Below are positions 1 to 12,917 of a stretch of DNA of 64,000 bases, piece after piece (within the stretch, counting starts at the first letter, position 1; each line of letters starts with the position of its first letter). This stretch comes from Squalus acanthias (lineage: Eukaryota). The stretch covers positions 150,476,001-150,540,000 of the forward strand of contig CM059432.1 in the NCBI GenBank assembly GCA_030390025.1, given 5' to 3'. The notes under the pieces are model-generated. The model made no database searches. It saw only the letters and a list, made by a program, of their open reading frames with translations, and was not told where the DNA came from. Both the position numbers and the translations under genes were made by a program.

Positions 1-973
1 CAGTGTCCTAGGCCCAACCATCTTCAGCTGCTTCATCAATGACCTTCCCTCCAACATAAGGTCAGAAATGGGGATGTTCGCTGATGACTGCACAGTGTTC
101 AGCGCCATTCACAACTTCTCAGATAATGAAGCAGTCCATGCCCGCATGCAACAAGACCTGGACGACGTTCAGGCTTGGGCTGATAAGTGGCAGGTAACAT
201 TCGCACCACACAAGTGCCAGGCAATGACTATCTCCAACAAGCGAGAGTCTAACCACCTCCCCATGACATTCAATGGCATTACCATCGCCAAATCCCCCAC
301 CATCAACATCCTGGGGGTCACCATTAACCAGAAACTTAACTGGACCAGCCACATAAATACTGTGGCAACAAGAGCAGGTCAGAGGCTAGGTATTCTGCGG
401 CGAGTGTCTCACCTCCTGACTCCCCAAAGCCTTTCCATCATCTACAAGGCCCAAGTAAGGAGTGTGATGGAATACTCTCCACTTGCCTGGATGAGTGCAG
501 CTCCAACACTCAAAAAGCTCGACACCATCCAGGACAAAGCAACCCGCTTGATTGGTACCCCATCCACCACCTTAAACGTTCACTCCCTCCACCACCGGCG
601 TACCGTGGCTGCTGTGTGTACCATCTACAAGATGCACTGCAGCAACTCACCAAGGCTTCTTCGCAAGCACCTCCCAAACCCACGACCTCTTCCACCTAGA
701 AGGACAAGAGCAGCAGACACATGGGAACACCACCACCTCCAAGTTCCCCTCCAAGTCACACACCATCCTGAATTAAAAGTATATTGCCGATCCTTCATCG
801 TCGCTGGGTCAAAATCCTGGAACTCCCTACCTAACAGCACTGTGGGAGTACCTTCACCACACGGACTGCAGCGGTTCAAGAAGGCGGCTCAACACCACCT
901 ACTCAAGGGCAACTAGGATGGGTAATAAATGCTGGCCTTGTCAGCGACGCCCAGATCCCATAAGCGAAAAAAA
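1..973 (+). mobile_element. 3' part of a non-LTR retrotransposon (CR1/L2-group, called 'family A' here): RT C-terminus, 3' UTR and A-rich tail
   Basis: ORF 68-916 has MFADD, WADKWQVTF, LGV, and YKAQVRSVMEYS RT/thumb motifs; AATAAA near 925 and an A tail near 967-973. Confidence 0.9.
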
Positions 974-1225
974 ACCAATTATCACGTTGTTAAAAGGGTA
1001 CTTCCGCTGTTAATTACTAGACTTAACTTTCTGTGGTGAGTTTAATGGGCAATTAATGTGCAAATTAACAGCAACTTCATGAAACTCATGGGGCGGTTAA
1101 GGGCGAGATGCCATTTTTGCGAAGCTAACGGCGGAACGGCGCAAATCTGCCACAGGTTGCCTGCCGATTTGCACATTAATATGGTGTGCGTCGTTCACAC
1201 GCAGTTATTTTTTCAAAAGTCTGGC
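974..1225. mobile_element. Probable right end of a Harbinger-type non-autonomous DNA element
   Basis: CpG-containing segment ending AAAAGTCTGGCC, which resembles the GGCC..AATTTT termini of other Harbinger elements in the window; the left end is not visible. Confidence 0.35.
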
Positions 1226-1249
1226 CAATGTCTCTGGTGTTGCCTGAGG

Positions 1250-1907
1250 TAGGGCTTGTAGCAGTCAAGGTTTACCTGGAACAACAGTCCACTAAGGACT
1301 TCACCATCACAGGTCCTATTCAGGAGAACTCTCCAATTTGGAAACAATACACTGCAAAATATCCTGCATGGGTCAGACAGACCATTAACATTGCAGGCAA
1401 AGGCCTCTATGACATAACTCATGATCTGGGCTACAACATCCCAAAACCCCCAGAGTTCGTTTATCACAGCAGTAGCTTCAAGTTCTATTGTGTGCTTGGC
1501 CTCGCCATTATAGTTCCAGCTGTGACCAGCATGTGGAGTGGGGAGTGACCAGTGACCATCCAAGGGGAGTGGGGAGTGACCATCTGCCAGTCCTGTTCAA
1601 ACTGAACCTCTCTGCTCAACACTGACCAGCCACATCTTCCTAATTGCAATGCCTTCAGGCTACACCTATCCGAGAACATCACCCACTCAGTCAGTAAAGT
1701 CATCGACGACCTAGAACTGGCCAGTAAGGAACTGACTGATGCACTAATCAGAGCAACAATTTGGCTTAATTGGCTGTGAAGCACCATCTCAGTGAGCTGA
1801 TGTGGTGGATAGCAAATTTCTTGGCAGAGTACACAACTGGTGTCAGAGTGGGCAAAGCAATCTCTCCTTTATTAATGTTCTCAATATCTATCTCTTACCT
1901 TTTTTAA
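1250..1907 (+). pseudogene. env: Decayed endogenous foamy-virus-like env (TM subunit) fragment
   Basis: Frame 1 gives LEQQSTKDFTI..P, YPAW, INIAGKGLY, YNIP (in ORF 1186-1548), then in the same frame QPHLPN..HL..ELTDALIRA..WLNWL (1606-1776). A shifted frame gives IANFLAEYTTGV plus a hydrophobic tail (1800-1907). The order is collinear with spumaviral Env TM as recalled from memory. Confidence 0.6.
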
Positions 1908-2924
1908 GATCTAGGGAAGAAAGTTGGGAAGCAATAGATATTGGACTGGAGGTGTGGGTGGTAAGAAGTGCTGCACCATAGTTGATTGAAAGAGAAGGTG
2001 TGACTGAGGAAAGGTGGTGGGGGGGTGGGGGGGGGAGTTAGCCAAGGTCAGGCGGAAGTGGTTGGATTGTGGTAATGGAGTGAATGGAGGGGGGTTTGGC
2101 AGCAGAGCCAGGGAGGAGGGTGGGAATGGAATCTGTGAATGCTCATTGGGAGTGCAGTGTGAAAGGGGCATGAGAACTAATGGAGTGTGGTGAGGCCCGA
2201 GAGCCCTGGGGAACATAGCTGGTGCCTGGAAATACTCAGGGGCGCGGGTGCACACTCTGCGGCCTGAGAACAATGGACCCCAGGGCTTGGCAGCCCCTCA
2301 TTCAGCATTCAATTAGGCAAAATAGTGCAGACTGTGCTTCCATAACTTTAACGTCTCTGGCATGCGCCCACCCAATCACCCACACATTTTAGGCTGCTGG
2401 GGCCCCTCCGGAAAAGAGAGGGCAGGGGCACAGCAGAGCTGGGAAACCTAGGCCATTGTAGGAGATACAGAACCAAGTCTGGAAGCTTGGTGTAACTCTC
2501 ACCCATTCCACATTAATTGGGAGTTCAGAGCATGGGTAGTTCTGACAGATATCTTGCTTTAATATCTGCATCACCACACTGCAAGTTTTAAATAGTGCCA
2601 ACGTCTGGATCTCAGTGCTCCAGCCTTGGGGGTTGAATTCCTGCCCTATTCAACAGCATTCAGCCAGCATGATTCTCTCTCCCTCCCCCACCCCCCTACC
2701 ATATGTCCTCACCAACTGCAGCAGTCAGTCGTAAAGCTTCACTCATACTTCTCACAGATGCATTGAATCTATGTGTACATTTTTTGGCATAGCACAGGAT
2801 CTCCTGTCCCAAACTAGGACTTCCTTATCTTTTTCTCCTCCCTTAGGAACATTTCTTTCCCTCACCCCTCTCCCTTACTTCTCTTTATTCTTCAATATTT
2901 TATCTTTCTCTTTGTTTCCCACCT

Positions 2925-3320
2925 GAAAAGTTAGGGCACTTTTCACTGGAACTGAGAAGGTTGAACTGATAGACATCCTGAGGATTATGAAGGATTATGG
3001 TACAGTAAATAATGAGGTTGTTGTCACAGGATGGCAAAACAGTAACAAAAAAGCACAAATTTAAGATCATCACAAAAAGAATCAAAGGGAAGGTTAGAAG
3101 ATATTTCTTTACACAGAGATTTGTTAGATTGTGGAATTCTCTGCCACAAAATGTTGTTGAAGCAGAGTCCATAAATATTCTTAAAATGGAATTGAAAAAG
3201 GGGAATATTAAAGGATAAGGGGAGCAAGCTGGAGAGTATTAGGCTAGCTGGCTCACGTGGAGAAAAACACCAGTGCAGTCTTAATGGCCAAATGGCCAAC
3301 GATGTAACATTCTGTGATCT
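2925..3320 (+). mobile_element. Old CR1 LINE 3' fragment
   Basis: ORF 3012-3218 has FFTQRFVRLWNSLPQNVVEAES, the CR1 ORF2 C-terminal motif. Confidence 0.85.
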
Positions 3321-3684
3321 TAATGTATTTATTATATTATGAATGTAATTGCTCGGGATATGTAGTTCAGTGCATCAAAAAGCAATGCAAAATTACTTTT
3401 GAGTGATTTGATTGGTTAGTAGTTTTTTGTCCGTTCAAATAGCGTTGAAAACAAATTTTTGGTTCGTTGTGCGGCTTCCTCATTTGTGATTAGGAGAGAT
3501 AATTTGTCCCTACATGTCCAACCTTATAGTGACAATTAGATATTCAAGCAAATCAGCATTGTTAACTGAACAGATGGTGGTTAACACAATCATTAAAGCA
3601 TGACATTCAGATTTAAAGTGTGACATGTACTAGACGCAAAACAGAGTGGATTAAATTCTAATATAGATACAGCACAATAAATTC

Positions 3685-3880
3685 TAACAGCACCTTCAAT
3701 GTAGAAAACATCCCAAGGCACTTCACAAGGTGGAGGGTGGGACTTTAGCCAAACAGGAGTAGGGAGTCGAGTTTGGGAAGGCTGCTTTGTTGAAAAGGTA
3801 TTAAGGAAGCTTTTTGAAGATGAGAAAGATAGGGCAAGGCAGAGAGGTTAAAGAGCTCTGTCAGCAGTGCTAGAGCAGAG
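3685..3880 (-). mobile_element. Degraded L2-like 3' end
   Basis: CACCTTCAATGTAGAAAACATCCCAAGGCACTTCACA resembles the tail at 9254-9605. Confidence 0.4.
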
Positions 3881-4409
3881 GGAGTATTCGTTCTTGCTGT
3901 TGACATGTGGAATACCCAGCCTGCTCCCAGTCCACAATCTCAAAGCCCCCTGTGGTCATTTGCCAAGATGCACGAGAAACAAGTCAGGCATAATTCTGTC
4001 CTCCAGGGTGGGGCCACAGCCGGTTTGTCACTGGAGGTCCCTTTAAACTCAATGACTAGACATAAGGAGATGAAAACCAGTTACCGTCAGAATGATGTCC
4101 CCATACAATACAAATAATGCAATGCTTTGACAGTTGTTAAGAGAGGAGCCAAGCCACATTCAAACAAACATATGCTGTACGATTTGCTCTGCTGTTATGT
4201 GTATGACTTGCAGTTACTTTTGAATCTGGCTGACTGTTATTCAAATTCATGAAGCTCCAGCAATTGTTTTAGGATATTTAAAGCTGTCCAGTAAGCTGTA
4301 ATTAGGTAAACCAGTTGGATTCTACAGAGAAAGTTAAGTTAGACTAGCTAGCTCCCACAGTTAGAGGATTACAAAAAATAACTGCGGACATAAAAGTTAA
4401 CAAAAATAT

Positions 4410-7400
4410 AAACTAGCTTGGCAGGGGGATGGGAACCTAAGTATAGAGTCAATAGGGAGGAAAGAAAAACTGGAATTGGAAAACAAAAACGTAGAAAGTA
4501 AATTGAAAGGACAGAGGAATCTAGGGCTAGATAGTAGTCAACATGGAGGTTTGCCTGTACTAAATGGGATATACTTCAATGCAAGGAGTGTAGCGAACAA
4601 GGGAGATGAGCTGAGGGCACAGGTAGATACTTGGGACTATGATATTCTAGCTATTACAGAGACGTGGCTGAAAGAGGGGCAGGTATGGCAGCTCAACATT
4701 CCTGGTTACAGGGTTTTCAGACAGGATAGAGAGGGAGGTAAAAAGGGAGGGGGGGTTGTGGTATTGATTAAAGAAACTATTAGAGCTGTGATGAGGAATG
4801 ATATGTTGGAGGGATCATCAAACAAGGCCATATGGGTTGAATTGAAAAACTAAAAAGGGGCGATCACACTGCTGGGAGTGTATTACAGACCCCCAAACAG
4901 TGAGAGGGAGATAGAAGAACAAATATGTAGACAAATTTCTGAGAAGTGCAAAAACTATAGGGCAGTAATAGTAGGGGATTTCAACTACCCCAATAGTAAC
5001 TGGGATAAAATTAGTGTGAAGGGTATAGAGGGTGCGGAATTCCTAAAATGCATCCTGGAGAATTTTTTTTAGCCAGTATGTAGCAAGCCCAACAAGGGAG
5101 GGGGCGGTTCTGGACTTAGTTTTAGGGAATGAAGCTGGGCAGGTAGAAGGCGCATCAGTGGGGGAGCATTTTGGTGCTAGTGACCATAATTATGTTAGAT
5201 TTAAGGTAGTTATGGAAAAGGACAAGGATGGACCAGGAATAAAAATTCTAAATTGGGGAAAAGCAAATTTTGCTGAGCTCAGAGGGGATTTAGCCATAGT
5301 AGACTGGAAACAGCTACTTGAAGGTAAATCAGTGTCAGAGCAGTGGGAGGCATTCAAGGAGGAGATCCGGAGGGTTCAGACCAAATATGTGTTCTTAAAG
5401 AAAAAAGGTGGGACTAACTAATCTAGAGCCCCCTGGATGTCTAGGGACATACAGGGTAGGATAAAGAAAAAAAGGAGTATGACAGATACCGAGGACTAAA
5501 TACTCCAGAATCTTTAGAGTACAGAAAGTGCAGGGGTGCAATTAAAAAGGATATTAGGAAAGCAAAGAGAGAGCATGAAAAATTCTTGGCAAGTAAAATC
5601 AAGGAAAACCCAAAGATGTTTTATAAATATATTAAGAGTAAGAGGATAACTAAAGAAATGGTAGGGCCCATTAGAGATCATGAGGGTAATGTGTGTGTGG
5701 AGGCGGGAGACGTCTGTCGGGTTCTTAATGAATACTTTGCGTCTGTTTTCACAAAGGAGAGGGGCGAAGCAGACATTGCTATCAGGGAGGAGGAGTGTGA
5801 AATATTAGATGAAATAAACATAGTGAGAGAGGAAGTATTAAGGGGTTTAGCAGCTTTGAAAGTGGATAAATCTTCAGGTCCGGATGAAATGTATCCCAGG
5901 TTGTGAAGCGAAGCAAAAGAGGAAATAGCAGTGGCCCTGACCATCATTTTTCAATCCTCTCTGGCTTCAGATGTGGTGCCGGAGGACTGGAGGACTGCTA
6001 ATGTGGTACCCTTGTTTAAAAAGGGAGAAAAGGATAGACTGACTAATTACAGGCCAGTCAGCCTAACCTCGGTGGTGGGAAAATTATTGGAAAGAATTCT
6101 GAAGGACAGGATAAATCTTCATTTAGAAAGACACGGATTAATCAAGGATAGTCAGCACGGATTTGTTAAGGGAAGGTCATGTCTGACTAACTTGATTGAA
6201 TTTATTGAGGAGGTAACAAGGAGGGTAGAGCGTTTGATGTAGTGTATATGCACTTTAGCAAGGCTTTTGATAAGGTTCCACAGGGCAGACTGGTCACGAA
6301 GTTAAAAGCCCATTGGATCCAGGGCAAAGTGTCAAGTTGGATTCAAAACTGGCTCGGAGACAGGAAGCAGAGGGTAATGGTTGATGGGTGTTTTTGTGAC
6401 TGGAAGGCTGTTTCCAGTGGGGTTCTGCAGGGCTCAGTACTAGGTCCCTTGCTTTTTGTGGTATATATCAATGATCTAGACTTGAATATAGGGGTTATGA
6501 TTAAGAAGTTTGCAGATGATACTAAAATCGCCTGTGTGGTTGATACTGAAGAAGGAAGCTGTAGACTGCAGGAAGATGTCAATAAATTGGTCAGGTGGGC
6601 AGAACAGTGGCAAATGGAATTCAATCCGGAGAAGTGTGAGGTAATGCATTTGGGGAGGGCTAATAAGGAAAGGGAATACACATTAAATGGTAGGACACTG
6701 AGAAGTGTAGAGGAACAAAGGGACCTTGGAGTGCATGTCCACGGATCCCTGAAGGTAGCAGGCGTGGTAGATAAGGTGGTTAAGAAGGCATGCGGAATGC
6801 TTGCCTTTATTAGCCGTGGCATAGAATACAGGAGCAGGGGGGTTATGCTTCAACTGTATAAAACACTAGTTAGGCCTCAGCTAGACTACTGCGTGCAGTT
6901 CTGGTCACTACATTACAGGAAAGATGTGATTGCACTAGAGAGGGTACAGAGGAGATTTACAAGGATGTTGCCAGGAGTAGAGAATCTTAGCTATGAGGAA
7001 AGACTGGATAGGCTGGGTCTGTTTTCCTTGTAACAGAGGAGGCTGAGGGGAGACCTTATTGAGGTGTATAAAATTATGAGGGGCCTAGATAAAGTGGATA
7101 GGAAGGACCTATTTCCCTTGCAGTGGGGTCAAAAACCAGGGGGCACAGATATAAAATAATTGGTGGAAGGTTTAGAGGGGATTTGAGGGGAAATTTCTTC
7201 ACCCAGAGGGTTGTGGGGGTCTGGAACTTACTGCCTGAAAGGGTGGTAGAGGCAGGAACCCTAACCACATTTAAAAAGTACTTGGATGTGCACTTGGGAG
7301 GCTGTAACCTGCAGGGCTACGGACCAAGAGCTGGGAAGTGGGATTAGGCTGGATAGCTCTTTGTTGACCGGTGCGGACACGATGGGCCAAAATGGCCTCC

Positions 7401-7431
7401 TTCCGTGCTGTAACTTTCTATGATGATGATG
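4410..7431 (+). mobile_element. CR1 LINE with near-complete but disrupted ORF2 (APE endonuclease + RT)
   Basis: NARS..AITETW, YRPP, GDFNYP, SDHN (APE); NYRPVSLTS, KAFDKV, QGSVLGP, KFADD (RT); FFTQRVV..WN and a CTATGATGATG tail; several stops and frameshifts. Confidence 0.95.
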
Positions 7432-8069
7432 ACTTAGCACACAGATTGACACATGTTTTTATCATTTGAGGAGTTAGTTAGTATATATCGACTTGTAGAT
7501 ATAAATATGTATTATATTGCTCTAATATAGTCTGTTAGTCTTCACCTGATAGATCAAAACCATAAAATTATAAAAGAAAGAGCTTTTTCTCTGCCACTGA
7601 TCCATACTATATTTGACTTGGGAGCACTTTATCCTGGTTTTAGGTGCCCAAAATAAGGAAGTGCTCTATATTCCAGGAGCAATAATCTCTACCTTAAACA
7701 GGTACATCTGTTGTTTTAAAGCCCATCAGCTATGATATCGTTGGAAGTCAAATTTAGATTCTTCTTCTCTGCCATCAACAGATCAAAGGGACATTTGGGT
7801 GCAGCAGCAGAATCTACATTAAAGACCGTATGGTGCACTGACCCTACTGACACACCTTTAGAATTTTATTAGTATATAAATTACAAAGCCTTTCCTTCTT
7901 TGCAATTATAGCAGCAGGTGGATGCAGAAGACAGTAATGAATTGCTGCTAAAATGAGAGCGGTGTAGAAAGAACCAGACTTCTAATGGACTACACGGGCT
8001 ACTTGGAGAGACACTTGGTTTGGATGATGCTGCTTCCGAAATAAAAATTTAGCAGATACACCGACAGTG

Positions 8070-8203
8070 TTATTTTATGATAATTAACTGCAGAATAGGA
8101 CTCAATAAAGCCGCAGTGATTACTTTAATCGTCAATGAGAATCTCACCATGCATTAAGTCCATGGCGGACACGGTAATTGCCGGCAGCAAAAGCGTTTGC
8201 ACG
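8070..8203 (+). repeat. Donor of a 134-bp local inverted duplication (copy at 9296-9429)
   Basis: Reverse complement matches 9296-9429 with 7 mismatches (manual alignment). Confidence 0.95.
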
Positions 8204-9253
8204 CATGGAGACTGAGTGATGATGGGATGTGAATCGACCGCAATGCCTGCCTCGATAAATTGCCTTCTGAGATTCACTGTCTCGGCTCACACTTGGTTGA
8301 GGTACAGGGCCGATTCCTTAATCGGGCACTTGTGGCAAAACAGAGCTGATAAGAATCACTAGAAAGAAAATTGCAAACCTGCATTCTGATTTTTCCATCC
8401 ATCAATTTAAATGGACGAAGAAATCAGGGTCTGTGGACCTGCAATTTTCCAGCCAGCATACTCTTCAAGTGCCGACTTGCAATGGGAGCACCGAAGCGGG
8501 CAATCAGCCCTTCACCATGAGTCCATACCTTCAGGAGAAAAGATTAGCAAATTGGGGGGATGGAATTCCACAAACGGAAAGAACAGCACAGGTACATGGA
8601 GGTGATTTAAAGTCAAGAGTCTTATTTCAAGTACGAAGAAGGTTATAAACTGCTTGAGCTTTATTCTCAGATATCTTTAAATCTAGATTGGATCACTGCA
8701 GTGTTACTCCTTTTTCTGTATATTTCTTTTCTTTATTTCTTACTCAGTTGAATCATTGGATCTATAATTCCATCTATTTTTCAAGGTGCAATCAAGCACT
8801 CAGGAACTCCCCTCTTGATCAGAAACAAAGTGGCTCTGGGTAGATGCTGAATGGGCAGACGGTTAACAAACTAAATATCAGAAGCAAATGTTAACGGAAC
8901 TATGGAGGGAAATTTCCTTTATGCAATATATGTAAAGAAAACTTCCTCTTCATACACAGGTTCATGATCTTGTGCACAAGGGAAATTTTCCAGCTATACA
9001 AACTAAACGATCTTTTTTCATTTTCATTGTGGGGGGGGGGGGGGTAGAAATTGGACCTCATTGTGCCCAATTTACTGGCGTTAAACGGGCTCAATGAGGG
9101 CAAATTTTGGGGTTCAACATCCTGCACCCCTAGAATGCCTGATAGACACCTGACCCACTGTAAATTAGGAGGCCTAATGAGGACCCGTCTGCCAAATTAG
9201 GCAGTGTGGAGTGAAGCAGCCGCTAGGCCTACTCCGCTGGGGATTCTTCTGCA

Positions 9254-9605
9254 AACAACAACTTGCATTTATATAGCGCCTCTAATGTAGTAAAACGTGC
9301 AAACGTTTTTGTTGCCGGCAGTTACCGTGTCCACCATGAACTTAATGCATGGTGACATTCTCATTGATGATTAAAGTAATCACTGCGGCTTTATTGAGTC
9401 CTATTCTGCAGTTAATTATCATAAAATAAGACGCTTCACAGGGGCATTATCAAACAAAATTTGACACCGAGCCACATAAGGAGATATTAGGGCAGATGAC
9501 CAAAAGCTTAGTCAAAGAGGTAGTATTAAGGAGCGTCTTAAAGGAGGAAAGACAGATGGAGAGGCAAAGAGGTTTAGAGAAGGAGTTCCAGAGCTTAGGG
9601 CCTAT
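9254..9605 (-). mobile_element. L2-like LINE 3' end, interrupted by the inverted duplication
   Basis: AACAACTTGCATTTATATAGCGCC..CTTCACA..TTCCAGAGCTTAGGGCC, typical of the reverse strand of an L2 3' end. Confidence 0.7.
9296..9429 (-). repeat. Inverted copy of 8070-8203 inserted in an L2-like tail
   Basis: Direct sequence match; interrupts AAAACGT|..|CGCTTCACA. Confidence 0.95.
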
Positions 9606-10198
9606 GAATATATCTAGTTACATCTCATTTTCCACAATGTCCCATCAAACTTAAGATGGTCAATAAATAATTATTGTTGATCACGCAGGCTGGCCATTAC
9701 TGGTACGCAAGGCCATTACACTGAGACATTATCACTGTTATAAACAGCCCATGGGAAACACTAACAAAATTCACAATTTATGGAAAAATGAACTATTACT
9801 ATATCAGAGCTTCCTACAGGCATAATATGCTTTGAGCAATGGGCCGAGCTGGACCTCTGGCTTAACACACTAAACATTGAACGGCTCTAATCCTCTGCCT
9901 CCTCTTCCTCGACTTTCAAAATCATCTGGCTCCTTCTCCCCAAGATCATTTACTCCTTGACTGAGATCCACCTCCTTCCAGAATCTCATGGACACCTGTT
10001 GCCTCCACCCAAGTCATCTGATCATCAGCCTCTTCCCTCCCAAGTCCCATAAATTTCCATCATCTGTTCCCCAAGTCCTTAAATCGCCACCCAAAAATCC
10101 CAAGTCCTAAAACAGCTGCTGTGCCACATCGCATCAAAATAGATCAATTCCAGCCTTTTTACTCAAAAGAGAGTGCAATGTATGCAACAAGAGTCATT

Positions 10199-10232
10199 AG
10201 AGAAAGAGACATTGAGAGAGAGAGAGAGAGAG
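10199..10232. repeat. (GA)n microsatellite, interrupted
   Basis: AG/GA run seen directly. Confidence 0.9.
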
Positions 10233-10819
10233 CAATGCAATGTCTCACACTACTGCTCAGGCACCTTACCAGAAAAGTACTCTTGAAAGAAACAGGAAAA
10301 AACACTGTTTTCTCCCCACTCCAAACACCACACTGACTGGACTGAAACACAGCTTTCATGTTTTTGTTAATACTACAATGAGATTAACTAATTGAAAGTG
10401 CATAATAAAGTAGAGCCCCAAGTTGATTTGTCCTTCAATTCTTCTCACCCATCTTCCAGAAATGTACTCTAGCTTCCCAACTGAGAACGGCATGTGGAAT
10501 GTCAGACCGAACCCAAATCTTACCCACCACTATGCAGCATGCTAGCATTCGATCATTTTATCTGAATGAACCAACTTGGTTTGCATTAATTTTGTTTCAA
10601 GATTTGGCAAAAAAATTGTAAGATTTTCCTTAAAACTATGGCATACTCATCAAAAAGAAATTATTACATAACTACCATTGCTAGCTTCAAGAGGATACAG
10701 TTCCCACTATAATGGAGCACAACTCTCCCTACAACACACTTGTTATTCAAACAGCTCTGGGAGATATGCCAATCAGAACAAATAATATTTCGCCTCCACC
10801 CAGAACTAGTAAAATTGTA

Positions 10820-11248
10820 AAGAAAGAACTTGAAGTTATATAACACCTTTCACATCCTCAGAATGTCCCAAGGCTCTTCACAGCAAATGAATTACTTTTG
10901 AAGTGTAGTCACGATTGTTTTGTAGGCAAACACAGCAGCCAATGTTCGCACAGGAAGTTACCACAAACAGCAATGAGATGCATGACCAGTTAATCTGTTT
11001 TTGACAGCATTAGTTGAGGGTTAAATGTTGGCCAAGACACTAGAATTCCTTTGCTCTTCATACACCTAAGAGGGCAAAACGGAACCACAGTTCAACATCT
11101 CATCCAAAGGATGGCACCTCCAGCAATGCAGCATTCCCTCAGAACTGCATTGACGTGTCAGGCTAGATTATGTGGTTAAGTCCTGGTGTGGGGCTTGAAC
11201 CCATGACCTTCTGACAGAGGCAAGAGTGCTATTGCTCAGACAAGCTAA
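10820..11248 (-). mobile_element. tRNA-derived Deu-domain SINE (SacSINE1/AmnSINE-like)
   Basis: B-box GGTTCAAGCCC on the minus strand near 11191-11201; body similar to 28107-28858; L2-type tail. Confidence 0.7.
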
Positions 11249-12917
11249 AATCCTAGTTAATCTGGCCCACATCCTAGAAATTAATTCAATAGAAGCCCCT
11301 TCCGACCCCTTTCTCCCGCAACATCAACCTCTCAGGATTAGAGCAGACCAATATAAGAAAGGAAGTAACAGTAAATATGAATCCATCTGTAGCCAGGTGG
11401 ACACAGGGGCCCCAATCAATGCGTCGGGTTATGCAGGACGATTGTTCCCAGCAGCCAACTAAACCCCAGAGACTAAAACTAAACAATCTGCTTCAATCCT
11501 TAAACAGACATCACTCCCCATGTATGTAGTCAGGCTAACAAATCTAATGCAGCATGCTCTCCTGCAAGGACTGTGCAATCAAAATCTATAATAATTTTAT
11601 AAAATACATATATGTATTATTGAAAACTTATTTAAAACTAGCAAACCTCCCTGGTGCTGGTCATGTGAAGTCAGAGGAGGGCTCATGTTATACAGTCAAG
11701 AACATGAAAACATGTACAAAACCGTTTTGTAATCTGCTGCCGAAGTGTGGATGTATGTCCCTTTAAGACTATAGAATCCAAATCCATTCGAGTAAGCATT
11801 GGGTTTACACAGAGATCAAATAAGAGACAGTGTCTGCTGGGTGAGTATTTTAGGGCCAGTAGAGTGAGGGTTGGAAGCACTGGCTGGAGGTGGACAAAAC
11901 ACAGTTGACACTCGAGTTAGGAGCTAAGCAATGGGCAGGGAGGGACAGTGGGAATTGGGAGTTAGTAGGTACTGACAAGGGAGCAGAACCTTTTTTGCTC
12001 AAAAAAATCCTTATATTCTAGACCTAGATATATAACTAATACAGCTGTGATTAATTCAGTAATGCCAACTCTCGCCAATTAATCACGCAACACGCAATTT
12101 TTAAATGAAACTGTAACTCAACTCGCGATCTCACAGCGAAATCTCACGTTTTTTTTTCCTCAGGGACTGACGCAATGACTCTGGGCAGGAGTTCAACAGC
12201 ACGGCAGTACTCCAATTGGTCAGTGCGCAGCAGCGCCGTTCAGCATTGGCAACGGAGAGTGGAACGCTCCCCGGAAACACACGCATTAGAACGAATTGGA
12301 ACCTTTGATAACAGCTCTCTTCACTATTGTCCTCAGGGGTTTGTAGGGAGCAGCTCGCCTCTATCTGATGTCTGGACTTCGAGAATTCCTTGTTCTAAAG
12401 CTCCTTTCACATCACCTTAATTCATGCTAAGTCGTCTCATTTGGCATCCTGAGATTCTCAGCCGATTCTAAGCTCTGGAGAGTTGCTGAATATGAGAATT
12501 GAAATGATGCACAAGTATTAACATGGGACCCATCCCAAGCAGTCTCTGGAGGGCCCAGTGCGGAGGGCCCAGGATGGGAGGCCCAGGATGAGAGGCCCAG
12601 GGCTGAGTTGGCACTGATAGTGCTATCACCATGCGACCTGATCCTCCAGGTGTATAGCTTGCCTCAGTCTTCGCATTACCTTTCCTGTGGAGTTGTGTAT
12701 GCCTAAATTTCAGGTTAATTTCATGAACTATAAACTCAATATAGAAAAACTGACAGCAAAACAAAAACGCATTTTGCACTGGAATGTGAAATTCATAATA
12801 TTCATAATGGGAAAACTGCTTTTGTATATCTAACAGCACAAAGGAAGCCAGTGACTTAGCAAAGCACCTATTATGTAACTGTTATGGTGCGTACTGATTA
12901 TAAAGTGTGTTGCAGAG

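Noticed and set aside
6343..6822. Antisense ORFs over CR1 RT (also 17959-18457, 36844-37270 and others)
   Set aside because: Recurring by-products of the LINE coding strand
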